Origin: Nitrosopumilus sp.
GTDB taxonomy: Archaea > Thermoproteota > Nitrososphaeria > Nitrososphaerales > Nitrosopumilaceae
Direction: 5' to 3'
Length of the DNA stretch: 64,000 nucleotides
NCBI GenBank assembly: GCA_965205215.1
Contig: OZ242041.1
Span: 192,001-256,000 of the forward strand
Under the pieces are notes generated by a model. The model ran no database searches and was not told the origin of the DNA. It saw only the letters and a program-made list of their open reading frames with translations. The translations under genes and the position numbers were made by a program. Below, in pieces: positions 46,018 through 55,037 of this stretch (positions within the stretch are counted from its first letter, which is position 1; the number at the start of each line of letters is the position of its first letter).

Positions 46018-48426
46018 TCAGGGCCGGGTCTTGGCACGGGAGCTCAGTCGGGCCCGTGCCAGCCGCGCGCACCCCACGGCCGCAAACGCTGGAATGCCCA
46101 CGTACATTCCAATGTTCAGGAGTATTACCGACATGCCGTACCCCAGCATCTCCGCTTCCGTGTCGATGCCCGCATGCTCCAACAGCGAGAGTGACGACAG
46201 CATTGGCGTCAGCAGAACCTTGGTTGCCTCCCTGATTGCCGGGTTCTCCCTCTGAATGTCTGCCACAGACGGGGAGAACGTATAGTATATGGAATTGAAG
46301 CCAGACATGAATGCGGTTCCGGATGAGGTTGCAAGTACGGTGCTGTCCCTCAGCTCCCTGAGCTGCTGGACTTGGGGCGCAAGCTCGGAACCAAATGCGG
46401 CAGTCGCGATAAGGCAGCCGCCGCCTTCGTCTGCGGGAATCTCGACGGCATCATCCATCATCGTGACGTGTTTCTGCCTCATCGTCTCGTGGTCGGCCCG
46501 CATCATGTCGTGGTCGTCACTCATTGCCTTGTGATCCTTCACCATAGTCTCGTGCAGGCCCATCATTTCATCGTGCATCTGCGCCATCATCATCATCATC
46601 CCGTCGTCACCCATGCCCGTACCGTGCCTGTCCATTACCTGCATGTGCTGCTGCATGACCGTCTCGTGGGCCTCGACCATCTCTCCATGCCCTGATATCT
46701 TCGCCTCATGGTCCTTGATCATCCTCATGTGCGCATCAATGTCCATGGGATCGCTGTCGTCGCTCATCATGGCCTCGTGCTCCTTCATCATGGCCTCGTG
46801 CTCCTTCATCATGGCCTCGTGCTCCTTCATCATGGTCTCCATCTCGTTGTTCATGGCGGCCATCTCGTCTTGTTCCGTGTCGCCGCCCATCATCATGCCG
46901 CCGTGGTCCATGCTGTCGCCGTCGCCGTCGCCGCCCATCATCATGCCGCCGTGGTCCATGCTGTCGCCGTCGCCGTCGCCGCCCATCATCATGCCGCCGT
47001 GGTCCATGCTAGACATGTCGTGCGGCTCGCTGATCACAAAGGAGATCCTAACAGACGAGGAGGTTCCCTCTATGTTTGCCACCTCGAGTGTTGCAATACC
47101 CGTCTCATCAAACGTGGCCGTAATGCGGTCACCCCCCTCGGGCGCCTCGCGTCCGGCCTCGGACAGCACGACATCGTCGCCTAGTGACAGTCTCATGTCG
47201 TACGTGGCCCCCGGAATATGGTCGTCAGAGCCCTCATGACGGATCACAAGTGACAGCGTCAGCTCGTTTCCGGGATGCAGCATGCCCGCAGGCTCAGCCG
47301 ACACGCGCACGTCATAGTTCCCGTCGGCGCCCCCAGTCGACCTCGTTATTACCGCGTCCCCCGCCTCAATTGACGCGTCGCCGCTTATCTGGTGCTGGCG
47401 CTCGGCGCCGGCCCTTATCTCAAACACCATCCTGTCAAGATACCCGGGTTCCAGATTTTGCATCATCTCAAGCAGCTTGCCAGAGGACAACAGGTAATGC
47501 ACCACCGTCTCATCACTGCCGGAGCGGTCCACCGTGCCGAAATAGTCCATTCCGTTTACTGCAAGCAGTATGTCATGGTTCTCAAAGAGATCAATTGATT
47601 TCGGGATGAAGAACTCGGCGTGGATGAACGATGCCGCCTCTATGTACTCCTCGGTCCAGACAAACGGCATCTCTACTGAGACACTCCTGGCCTGTTCGTC
47701 GTATGAAAATTTGTCAACCCTGTCAAAATAAGTGGCAAATGTGATATCCGACGGCATGCCGTCAATCTCGACTGTAAACGGAACATACTGGCCCATGCTG
47801 AACATCACCTCGAAGGTGGAATCCTCGCCAGCGGACACGGGCTGCGAGTCAATTGACTTGACTGTCGCATGTACGTAGACTATGCCTCCCTCCAGAAATA
47901 CAGGGGCCTTCAACGTGGCCGGGGAGTCGTCGGATGCCAACCAAGATCCCTCCTTGGCGCTCTCGCCGGATACCTCGACGGGTGCATCCGTGGAAGGTTG
48001 GATCAGGATACTCAGACTTTCACCAGGCGAGTACGCGTCAAGGGATGCAAGCGAGGCGTCCCTGTCACTGCCATCGACAAACGTCAGGCTGTACTCTACG
48101 CCGGACACTGAGATGGCAGGTTCCGCGTCCACATTCACCAAGGATATGGTCATTGCGACATGCTCCTCGTCACCGCTCAATATTGCAGGGTTGGTCGTGA
48201 TCTTGAGCATGTGATAGTCGCCGTTTATCAGCAAGAGTTCACTGTCAGCTGAACCGGAACTTCCCGCATAAGCCTCCTCAAACATGCCGTCATACGCAAA
48301 GAGTACGGATGCCGACACAAGCGTCGCCACAAGCATGAACGACAGTGCAGTATGTCCAGACCCATGCCGTTGCAACACAGTACCATATGGAACGGACGCA
48401 GTATAACTGTCAATCGCAGCGCTCAT
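46018..48426 (-). CDS. Secreted CFI-box-CTERM protein with Met/His-rich repeat region
   Basis: Signal-like hydrophobic segment, beta-rich domains, Met/His tracts, GGGCLIATAAFGSELAPQVQQLRELRD, C-terminal TM plus basic tail; start uncertain. Confidence 0.88.
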   Translation of the reverse strand: MSAAIDSYTASVPYGTVLQRHGSGHTALSFMLVATLVSASVLFAYDGMFEEAYAGSSGSADSELLLINGDYHMLKITTNPAILSGDEEHVAMTISLVNVDAEPAISVSGVEYSLTFVDGSDRDASLASLDAYSPGESLSILIQPSTDAPVEVSGESAKEGSWLASDDSPATLKAPVFLEGGIVYVHATVKSIDSQPVSAGEDSTFEVMFSMGQYVPFTVEIDGMPSDITFATYFDRVDKFSYDEQARSVSVEMPFVWTEEYIEAASFIHAEFFIPKSIDLFENHDILLAVNGMDYFGTVDRSGSDETVVHYLLSSGKLLEMMQNLEPGYLDRMVFEIRAGAERQHQISGDASIEAGDAVITRSTGGADGNYDVRVSAEPAGMLHPGNELTLSLVIRHEGSDDHIPGATYDMRLSLGDDVVLSEAGREAPEGGDRITATFDETGIATLEVANIEGTSSSVRISFVISEPHDMSSMDHGGMMMGGDGDGDSMDHGGMMMGGDGDGDSMDHGGMMMGGDTEQDEMAAMNNEMETMMKEHEAMMKEHEAMMKEHEAMMSDDSDPMDIDAHMRMIKDHEAKISGHGEMVEAHETVMQQHMQVMDRHGTGMGDDGMMMMMAQMHDEMMGLHETMVKDHKAMSDDHDMMRADHETMRQKHVTMMDDAVEIPADEGGGCLIATAAFGSELAPQVQQLRELRDSTVLATSSGTAFMSGFNSIYYTFSPSVADIQRENPAIREATKVLLTPMLSSLSLLEHAGIDTEAEMLGYGMSVILLNIGMYVGIPAFAAVGCARLARARLSSRAKTRP
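46765..46835. repeat. 21-bp tandem repeat x3 encoding (MMKEHEA)n
   Basis: Unit CATCATGGCCTCGTGCTCCTT. Confidence 0.9.
46879..47010. repeat. 48-bp tandem repeat x2.75 encoding SMDHGGMMMGGDGDGD
   Basis: Read directly from the sequence. Confidence 0.9.
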
Positions 48427-48442
48427 ACCAACCAAGCCTCCA

Positions 48443-50416
48443 TTATGACGGGATCTCCACGAATATCTCAGAACCGTCGTCGCCCGCAGAGGTGCCCGTG
48501 TCCAGCACCAGCGCCCGTGTAACGATATCCAGTGAGTCGGCAGTCGTATACGGATCTGGGAGTGTAAGATCCTCATATTCGATGTATATGGTGTCGCCGT
48601 CCGACACGCGCAGCCTGTCCTGACTGTCGGAGCGATCCGTAGTGGTCATGATGAACTCACCCTCCAGATAGTTGTAGTGGTGGGGGTGATCATATCCCTC
48701 GAGGTAGTCAGGCACGTTTCCCTCCTCAAACGAGTCGTGTCTGGGCACGACTTCCTTGATTACTGCCTCCGGAGCCACTTGGAATGAAAAGTTGACCTGC
48801 TGTGATGCATCATCAAAGATGTCCTTTATTACGATACGGACGGATCCTCGCTCGTCAAACCGGATTGGCTCGAGGCCCTGTCCGTCCGCAAATGAGCGGT
48901 CGGCACGGGTCTCGACAAGCTCGCCGTTGAGGTATACCTCCATCGTATATGTCAGGCCCATCTCGTGCACGTCGGTCATACCGTCGTGCGCCATGAGGTT
49001 GACTACATAGTCCTGGCCGACTCCGAGCAGCCCCCCAGGCTCCCACCAAAAGTAGACCTTCCACCTGCCGTCTTCCGTATATTTCGTAAGCGAGCTTGCG
49101 GCAGGCTCCGTAAGGTGTCTGTCACTGAATCCGTCTTGGATGGTGGCGTGCTCCATAAATGGAGTAAATTGTACACCCACATGAATTCCGGTAAGATCAG
49201 TATCAGAATATACACGGACATAATTGGTGTGGAATTCGGCGTGATGTATCCACAGATCCTTGTCGCGCAAGAAGAACGTGACCTTTTCATTGACATCATA
49301 TACCGGTTTGTGGAATTGAACCTCTCCAATCTCCCATTCGTATGTCGCAGATTTTTGTATGATCGTATCCTCGTTTGGTTCCCAGGATACGGTAATCCGT
49401 CCGTCTTGCGGTTCTGTTGCTATCAGAACGGCGCGGTCATGAGATGAGATCTCGGCGCCGCTGTTGTGCTGGGGCGCGGTCATGTCGGGCGCGGTCATGC
49501 CGCCGTGGCCTCCGCCGTGCTGGGGCGCGGTCATGTCGGGCGCGGTCATGCCGCCGTGGCCTCCGCCGTGCTGGGGCGCGGTCATGTCGGGCGCGGTCAT
49601 GCCGCCGTGGCCTCCGCCGTGCTGGGGCGCGGTCATGTCGGGCGCGGTCATGCCGCCGTGGCCTCCGCCGTGCTGGGGCGCGGTCATGTCGGGCGCGGTC
49701 ATGCCGCCGTGGCCTCCGCCGTGCTGGGGCGCGGTCATGTCGGGCGCGGTCATGCCGCCGTGGCCTCCGCCGTGCTGGGGCGCGGTCATGTCGGGCGCGG
49801 TCATGCCGCCGTGGCCTCCGCCGTGCTGGGGCGCGGTCATGTCGGGCGCGGTCATGCCGCCGTGGCCTCCGCCGTGCTGGGGCGCGGTCATGCCGCCGTG
49901 GCCGCCTGAATGTCCCCCGCCATGGGCGGGAGGCCCGTTTTCGGTGGAACCGGTCACGCCATGGGTGGATATACTAGTATGAAACGAATCGTGTACGAGA
50001 TAGTTAGGCGCTCCGGTCATCTTGACAACACCCATAAATATTCCAGTATCAAATCCGGTCTCCGAAAAGTCCACCTCCGTGACTCTCTGCGGGCCGGTAT
50101 ACACCTTGATTGGGTTCTCCGGCGTGCCGATAACGTCTATCTTGTCAGAGTCGTCGTTCCAGCCCGGCGCGTATATCAGGACGTTTATACGATCCGTCCA
50201 TCCTAGCCCCTCATACCTTTCGTTACAGTCCTGCAGGGTGAACGCCTCGTTTGTACAAAATTTCATTATAATTCCAGTAGTCTTTTTTACAATCGTAAAA
50301 CCTGTCTCAGCTGATGCAGACTGCAACAGCGTCGGGGCGATCGCAGCAGTGCCTATAATCAATATTGCCGCAACAGTAGCGCCGGCCAGAACTGTTTTGT
50401 CCGGCATACCTACCAT
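48443..50416 (-). CDS. Secreted S-layer-protein-related protein with His/Met tandem repeats
   Basis: Signal peptide; WTD.I.V.I.AP..N.DSD.ID.IG, ETG.DTGIF.G, W.IGEVQ, V.SD.D..GI, RLRVSDGDTI..EYED.TLPDPYTTAD.LDI resemble the remembered Nitrosopumilus S-layer protein C-terminal domains. Confidence 0.75.
   Translation of the reverse strand: MVGMPDKTVLAGATVAAILIIGTAAIAPTLLQSASAETGFTIVKKTTGIIMKFCTNEAFTLQDCNERYEGLGWTDRINVLIYAPGWNDDSDKIDVIGTPENPIKVYTGPQRVTEVDFSETGFDTGIFMGVVKMTGAPNYLVHDSFHTSISTHGVTGSTENGPPAHGGGHSGGHGGMTAPQHGGGHGGMTAPDMTAPQHGGGHGGMTAPDMTAPQHGGGHGGMTAPDMTAPQHGGGHGGMTAPDMTAPQHGGGHGGMTAPDMTAPQHGGGHGGMTAPDMTAPQHGGGHGGMTAPDMTAPQHGGGHGGMTAPDMTAPQHNSGAEISSHDRAVLIATEPQDGRITVSWEPNEDTIIQKSATYEWEIGEVQFHKPVYDVNEKVTFFLRDKDLWIHHAEFHTNYVRVYSDTDLTGIHVGVQFTPFMEHATIQDGFSDRHLTEPAASSLTKYTEDGRWKVYFWWEPGGLLGVGQDYVVNLMAHDGMTDVHEMGLTYTMEVYLNGELVETRADRSFADGQGLEPIRFDERGSVRIVIKDIFDDASQQVNFSFQVAPEAVIKEVVPRHDSFEEGNVPDYLEGYDHPHHYNYLEGEFIMTTTDRSDSQDRLRVSDGDTIYIEYEDLTLPDPYTTADSLDIVTRALVLDTGTSAGDDGSEIFVEIPS
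49467..49874. repeat. 51-bp perfect tandem repeat x8 encoding APQHGGGHGGMTAPDMT
   Basis: Eight identical units with no spacers, plus a partial unit extending to about 49925. Confidence 0.95.
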
Positions 50417-50465
50417 ATATCACATAGCAGATTTGCCTATAAAAAATAAGGCGCGTATTTGAAAT

Positions 50466-51929
50466 ATGTACCAATTCAGTCATAGTCAGAGGACGCGGAT
50501 ATTGATCATGCACCAGCTGATGTCAGGGCCCGTTATGGTAATGGTGGCCGCAGTAACGCTTGCTGTCATGCTGGCAGCACAGGTGTCCGTCGTTGTGGCA
50601 CAGGAAGAACATAATGCTGAAATTCCGGACTGGGTCAGGGAGGCGGCCGAGAGGTGGCTCGAGGGCAAGATTTCCGACGGCGATTTCTGGGACGCGCTCA
50701 CCGTACTGGCTAAATCCGAACTGGCAAGGGATGACGTGCCCGGCTCCATGAACGTTCCGACTGCGAAAGCAGGCACGGCCTCTATGGCGGCCCCTCTCAC
50801 GCCGCGGGTGATCGAGTGGATCGAAACTAGGACGGCATGGTGGTTGGATGGGAAGATCACCGACGGGCAGTTTGTGAGCGCCATACATCACTTTGGTAAG
50901 GCAGGGTATCTCAGCCGGGACGGCATGCAGGGCATGGAATTTGACATAGAGGCGGAGGCGCGTCAGACATTGGAGGAGACGCCCATAACAAGCCTCCTCC
51001 TAACAGAGCGTGAGATAGACAGGATAACAAAGGTGTCAAAATGGAGGTTTGTTTCCACGGAGGAGGGATTTGACAAGACGGAGGGGGTGGAGGATTCTGC
51101 CAGGGTCCTGATGAGGGACATCAGCAGGACATACGATCCCGTATTCAACAAGTACCAGATTCCCACCATGTACATGAGCATTACGCGACTCTCCGACCAG
51201 GCAGGCGCCTACGACTATTGGGCCGATTACACAAACCAGACCATACAATCCCTTTTTGAATCGGCGCACATGACGGGGCGCGTATCAGACGGCATCGAAT
51301 GCATCTTTGGATATTCAGACGAGGGGGCGGTCACCACCTGCGCGTACAATGACCTGGTAATACAGGCCGTCATATTTGACGCGTATGGCGAGCATTACCT
51401 GTACAGGACGCCGGACATCGAGATTGACAGGACGGAACCCACCACGAACATCATGGATGGAATAATCAGAAAGATATTTGCCATCAGCGGCAACGACTCA
51501 TATTCCGCGGGCATGCTCGTCCGCGCGCTGCAGGAAAATCCCCTAGTACATGATGATGTCGGGGCTCCAACCCAAAACAAACCGAGCGCGGACGTTGCGG
51601 ACACCGTGAATGATACAGGGGGCGATGTTGTTGCGGCCACGGGCCAGCAGCAGCAGCAATGGACGGATCCAGAAACGTCTCCCAGATACGGAATGTCGGG
51701 GCTTTTCTGCTCGCGCGACGACTTTGGCACCATAACGATCACGGGCGCATACACCAACGACGAAAGTCCTCGAAACGTAACCAATGTGGACATAGTATTC
51801 GTGGACTGGGACGAAAACATCATAGGCAGGACGTCGATATCGTTTGCAGACCTAGGCGAGTTTGAGACAAAGCGGTTTTACGGACACGTAAAATGGGACG
51901 GGAACTTTGCCCTTTGCAAGACACCGTAG
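50466..51929 (+). CDS. Secreted protein with two IP.W....A.WW-type surface modules and a C-terminal FxLYD-like Ig domain
   Basis: Signal peptide; IPDWVREAAERW.EG.ISD..F and EWIETRTAWW.DG.ITD..F; VFVD.D.NIIG....L...ETK.F. Confidence 0.7.
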   Translation: MYQFSHSQRTRILIMHQLMSGPVMVMVAAVTLAVMLAAQVSVVVAQEEHNAEIPDWVREAAERWLEGKISDGDFWDALTVLAKSELARDDVPGSMNVPTAKAGTASMAAPLTPRVIEWIETRTAWWLDGKITDGQFVSAIHHFGKAGYLSRDGMQGMEFDIEAEARQTLEETPITSLLLTEREIDRITKVSKWRFVSTEEGFDKTEGVEDSARVLMRDISRTYDPVFNKYQIPTMYMSITRLSDQAGAYDYWADYTNQTIQSLFESAHMTGRVSDGIECIFGYSDEGAVTTCAYNDLVIQAVIFDAYGEHYLYRTPDIEIDRTEPTTNIMDGIIRKIFAISGNDSYSAGMLVRALQENPLVHDDVGAPTQNKPSADVADTVNDTGGDVVAATGQQQQQWTDPETSPRYGMSGLFCSRDDFGTITITGAYTNDESPRNVTNVDIVFVDWDENIIGRTSISFADLGEFETKRFYGHVKWDGNFALCKTP

Positions 51930-51939
51930 GGTTCAGGGC

Positions 51940-52007
51940 CTCCTGCCCTCTCCACCCTCCTGCCCTCTCCACCCTCCTGCCCTCTCCACCCTCCTGCCCT
52001 CTCCACC
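51940..52007. repeat. 17-bp intergenic tandem repeat x4
   Basis: Unit CTCCTGCCCTCTCCACC between convergent genes. Confidence 0.92.
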
Positions 52008-52052
52008 CTCCCTTCCCCCGTTCGTCGGCGGGCGGGGCACGCAGGATACGCG

Positions 52053-53567
52053 CTAGTCCTCTGCCGACCCTGCCAGCACACCGGAGAACTCGTCCACAAC
52101 GTCGGCAAATCTTCTGGAATCCGGCCTGTGTCGTGCATACTCGACGCTGCCGCACGCTACAAGCCACCTCCTGACCGTCTCGTATTCTACACTGGAGGAG
52201 CCAAGCTTCTGCCGCATGCGCGCGAGCAGCTCCTCGTTTGTGGGCCGCCCCTGCAGTCCCGTACGGTGTGCATAGAAGAGCCGGATCGCATGCCCGAGCG
52301 CCTCGTGGGCCTCTTTGTGCCGCCCCGCGTCATAAAGGTCGCGCGCATGCGACAGCATCCGACCCGTCAGCCCCCTATAGTTGTATGAGGTTTCAGGTTC
52401 TACCTCACCGGCCGCTACCAGCAGCGATTCCTCGGGCTCGGCATGCCTTTTTTGGAGCATCCTCCACGCGGCATAGCCGGCGGCGGCGGCCAGTCCCGCG
52501 GCCGCGGATGCGGCTAGTATAATGGCAAGCTGGACATTCCCGTCCCGGTCCTGCGCGGGGAATGCCGGCGTTTTTGCATCGAGGTTTTCCAGGCCCACAC
52601 GGACGCGCCCCGCATCCTCAAAGCCAGGCCGCGGCCTGTCGTCAAACAGGTCGCCTATTATCGGAACGGCAGGCTGCTGCAACTCGTCCGTGTCGGGCGG
52701 GAGCGGCTCCGGACTCGACAGGCTGTACAGCTCGGGCTCCGGTTCTGGTTTGTCCGGGGCAAGGAGGACCTGCCCTATTATGCCAGACGCCTGTTCCGAG
52801 AGGGACTCTATCATCCGGGATTCCAGCTGAGACTCGTCAAATACCATATGGTTTGGGGAATACGCGCGCAGGTCGCCTGCTCCCGCCCCCATCAGGGCCG
52901 ACTCCCCGAGCAGTTCGCGTCCGAACGTAAACTCCATCGGCGAGAAGATGTCGTTCGGTATGGCCTGCAGGTTGTCTAGCGAGTAGCCGCGCTCCAGCAC
53001 AAAGATCTCCAGGTTGGAGTTTACAGGATAGTCGTATGCGGATCCCGCTATGAGGTACATCTGCTTGCTGATAGGATCCAGCAGGGCCTCGGCAATCTCC
53101 ACATAGCCGTCGGAGAACCTGTCATAGTATTTGATCTTGTGGCGAAAGCTCTCGGCCTGCAGCTCCTGCTGGTCTATTATGATCTGGTTGAGCAGCTGCC
53201 CCTCCTCAGAGAATATGGATATCCTGTAGTCGCCCACAGAGTACTGGTTGCCAGTGACAAACCTGTCGTATCTGAATTCCCGTTCCAGTCCCGGCAGCGA
53301 CGCGGCTAGGGGATCGTCATATGTGGGGCCGCCGTCGGCTCCAGCAGCCGCATCATCATCATCGGCGTGCCTCTCGACTACCACTGTCACGTCTCCATTG
53401 TCACCCCCTTCGCCCCCCACGGCGCCCGACTCCGTACGTGGGTGCGGCTGCCCCTCTATCGACCAGCGGACTACAAGGTCATCGGCCTGCGCGTGTACAG
53501 ATGATATCATGGCGGCAGCGACAACCAAAAGCACGGCGGCCGTTGCAGTTGCAACGGGCAGGCTCAT
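52053..53567 (-). CDS. Membrane-anchored protein with cytoplasmic DUF4129/DUF4381-like C-terminus
   Basis: Signal peptide, late TM helix, then A..L...IR.F......TNEELL....L..C..V.YA; divergent from moxR. Confidence 0.7.
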   Translation of the reverse strand: MSLPVATATAAVLLVVAAAMISSVHAQADDLVVRWSIEGQPHPRTESGAVGGEGGDNGDVTVVVERHADDDDAAAGADGGPTYDDPLAASLPGLEREFRYDRFVTGNQYSVGDYRISIFSEEGQLLNQIIIDQQELQAESFRHKIKYYDRFSDGYVEIAEALLDPISKQMYLIAGSAYDYPVNSNLEIFVLERGYSLDNLQAIPNDIFSPMEFTFGRELLGESALMGAGAGDLRAYSPNHMVFDESQLESRMIESLSEQASGIIGQVLLAPDKPEPEPELYSLSSPEPLPPDTDELQQPAVPIIGDLFDDRPRPGFEDAGRVRVGLENLDAKTPAFPAQDRDGNVQLAIILAASAAAGLAAAAGYAAWRMLQKRHAEPEESLLVAAGEVEPETSYNYRGLTGRMLSHARDLYDAGRHKEAHEALGHAIRLFYAHRTGLQGRPTNEELLARMRQKLGSSSVEYETVRRWLVACGSVEYARHRPDSRRFADVVDEFSGVLAGSAED

Positions 53568-53815
53568 GCGCTTCAGATTAAACCGCGCGGGCGTGCAGGA
53601 CACGTATGAATATATCGCGCCGCCGTCTTTTAACTGCGCCGTCGCGCGCCACGCGTCGCGGCGCAGCGCCGCCCCGACGCGGCCACAGGTGCCGGCCGCC
53701 ACTGCGCGCCAGTACGATCTTGGTAACAGTGAGTTTTGCGAAAACAGGCGCGGCGGCCCACACCTGCGCAACATGCGCGCCGGTCAGTACACGATAACGC
53801 GTCAGCTGTTTGTCA

Positions 53816-53870
53816 AAGCAAAACAAAGTAACGCAAAGTAACGCAACGCATCGCAAAATAAAGCAACGCA
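53816..53870. repeat. Degenerate pentamer array (11 x AMRYA)
   Basis: AAGCA AAACA AAGTA ACGCA AAGTA ACGCA ACGCA TCGCA AAATA AAGCA ACGCA. Confidence 0.7.
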
Positions 53871-53969
53871 AAAAAATTAGAGGGCCCGGTTTTTTACGCG
53901 ACTGCCAACGTTGGTACATCTTGAGAATCGGCGACGGTATTAATTAAGGGCTGGCCCTGCAACAATGCA

Positions 53970-55019
53970 ATGCAGGATGCTGAGGTAAGATATTCCATGT
54001 CGGACGACAGAATGATCGAGCTCAATGAGCGCGCCCAAAAGTACGGCGGCATACTGCGCAGCATACTTGACGAGTCCCACAAGAGGATAACGGGGCAGCA
54101 CCACGCGCTGGAGCGCATGCTGATCGGGGTCATAACAGACGGACACGTGCTAGTCGAGAGCGTCCCGGGCCTTGCAAAGACGCTCATGGTAAAGACGATG
54201 TCCCAGATATTTGGCGCCGACAGCGTGAGGATACAGTTCACGCCCGACCTGCTACCCGCTGACATCATAGGGACCAAGATTTATGCCGGGAGGAGAGAAG
54301 GTGACGCGGGAGGGACGGCCTCCGGCAGTCCGTTTGTAACCGAAAAAGGCCCCATATTCCACAGCTTTGTGCTGGCCGACGAGATAAACAGGGCGCCCCC
54401 AAAGGTCCAATCCGCCCTGCTGGAAGCCATGCAGGAGAGGCAGGTGAGCATACACGGGGACACGTACGAGCTTGGCAAACCGTTCCTGGTGTTTGCAACG
54501 CAGAATCCCATAGAGAACGAGGGAACCTACAGGCTTCCCGAGGCGCAGATAGACAGGTTCGCGATGAAGCTGGCAATGACGTACCCCACCAAGGAGGAGG
54601 AGATGGAGATCATAAGCAAGAATGCGACGGGCAGCCCGGGAGACGCCCCGGCCGTATCAAGCCCAGAAGAGGCTGCAGAGATACAGGGGTTCTGTGAGGG
54701 CATTTACGTCGACGAGCTGGTCTCAGAGTACGTGACCGACGTGGTACGGGCGACCAGAAACCCAGACGAGTATGGCATCAAGGGCATGTCGGGAACTGTA
54801 GAGCTTGGCGCCTCTCCGAGGGCCTCAATATGGCTTGTCAGGACGGCAAGGGGCCGCGCGCTGATAAACGGCAGGGGATTTGTGACGCCAGAGGACGTAA
54901 AGGAGATGGCACACGACGTGTTGCGGCACAGGATAATACCGACGTTTGAGGCGGAGGAGAGGGGGATCACGCCGGATGCGGTGATAAGCGGCATACTGGA
55001 AGGCATCAGTCCGCCATAA
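53970..55019 (+). CDS. moxR: MoxR-family AAA+ ATPase
   Basis: GHVL.E.VPGLAKT, RIQFTPDLLPADI.G, LADEINRAPPKVQSALLEAMQE, ATQNPIE.EGTY.LPEAQ.DRF, GASPRA, VLRHRI. Confidence 0.95.
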   Translation: MQDAEVRYSMSDDRMIELNERAQKYGGILRSILDESHKRITGQHHALERMLIGVITDGHVLVESVPGLAKTLMVKTMSQIFGADSVRIQFTPDLLPADIIGTKIYAGRREGDAGGTASGSPFVTEKGPIFHSFVLADEINRAPPKVQSALLEAMQERQVSIHGDTYELGKPFLVFATQNPIENEGTYRLPEAQIDRFAMKLAMTYPTKEEEMEIISKNATGSPGDAPAVSSPEEAAEIQGFCEGIYVDELVSEYVTDVVRATRNPDEYGIKGMSGTVELGASPRASIWLVRTARGRALINGRGFVTPEDVKEMAHDVLRHRIIPTFEAEERGITPDAVISGILEGISPP

Positions 55020-55037
55020 CACCGCATACTGCAATCG

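Noticed and set aside
49467-49874. Regular 51-bp (and 24-bp, 12-bp) repeats as a possible CRISPR array
   Set aside because: Units are contiguous with no unique spacers, lie in frame within CDSs, and no cas genes are present.
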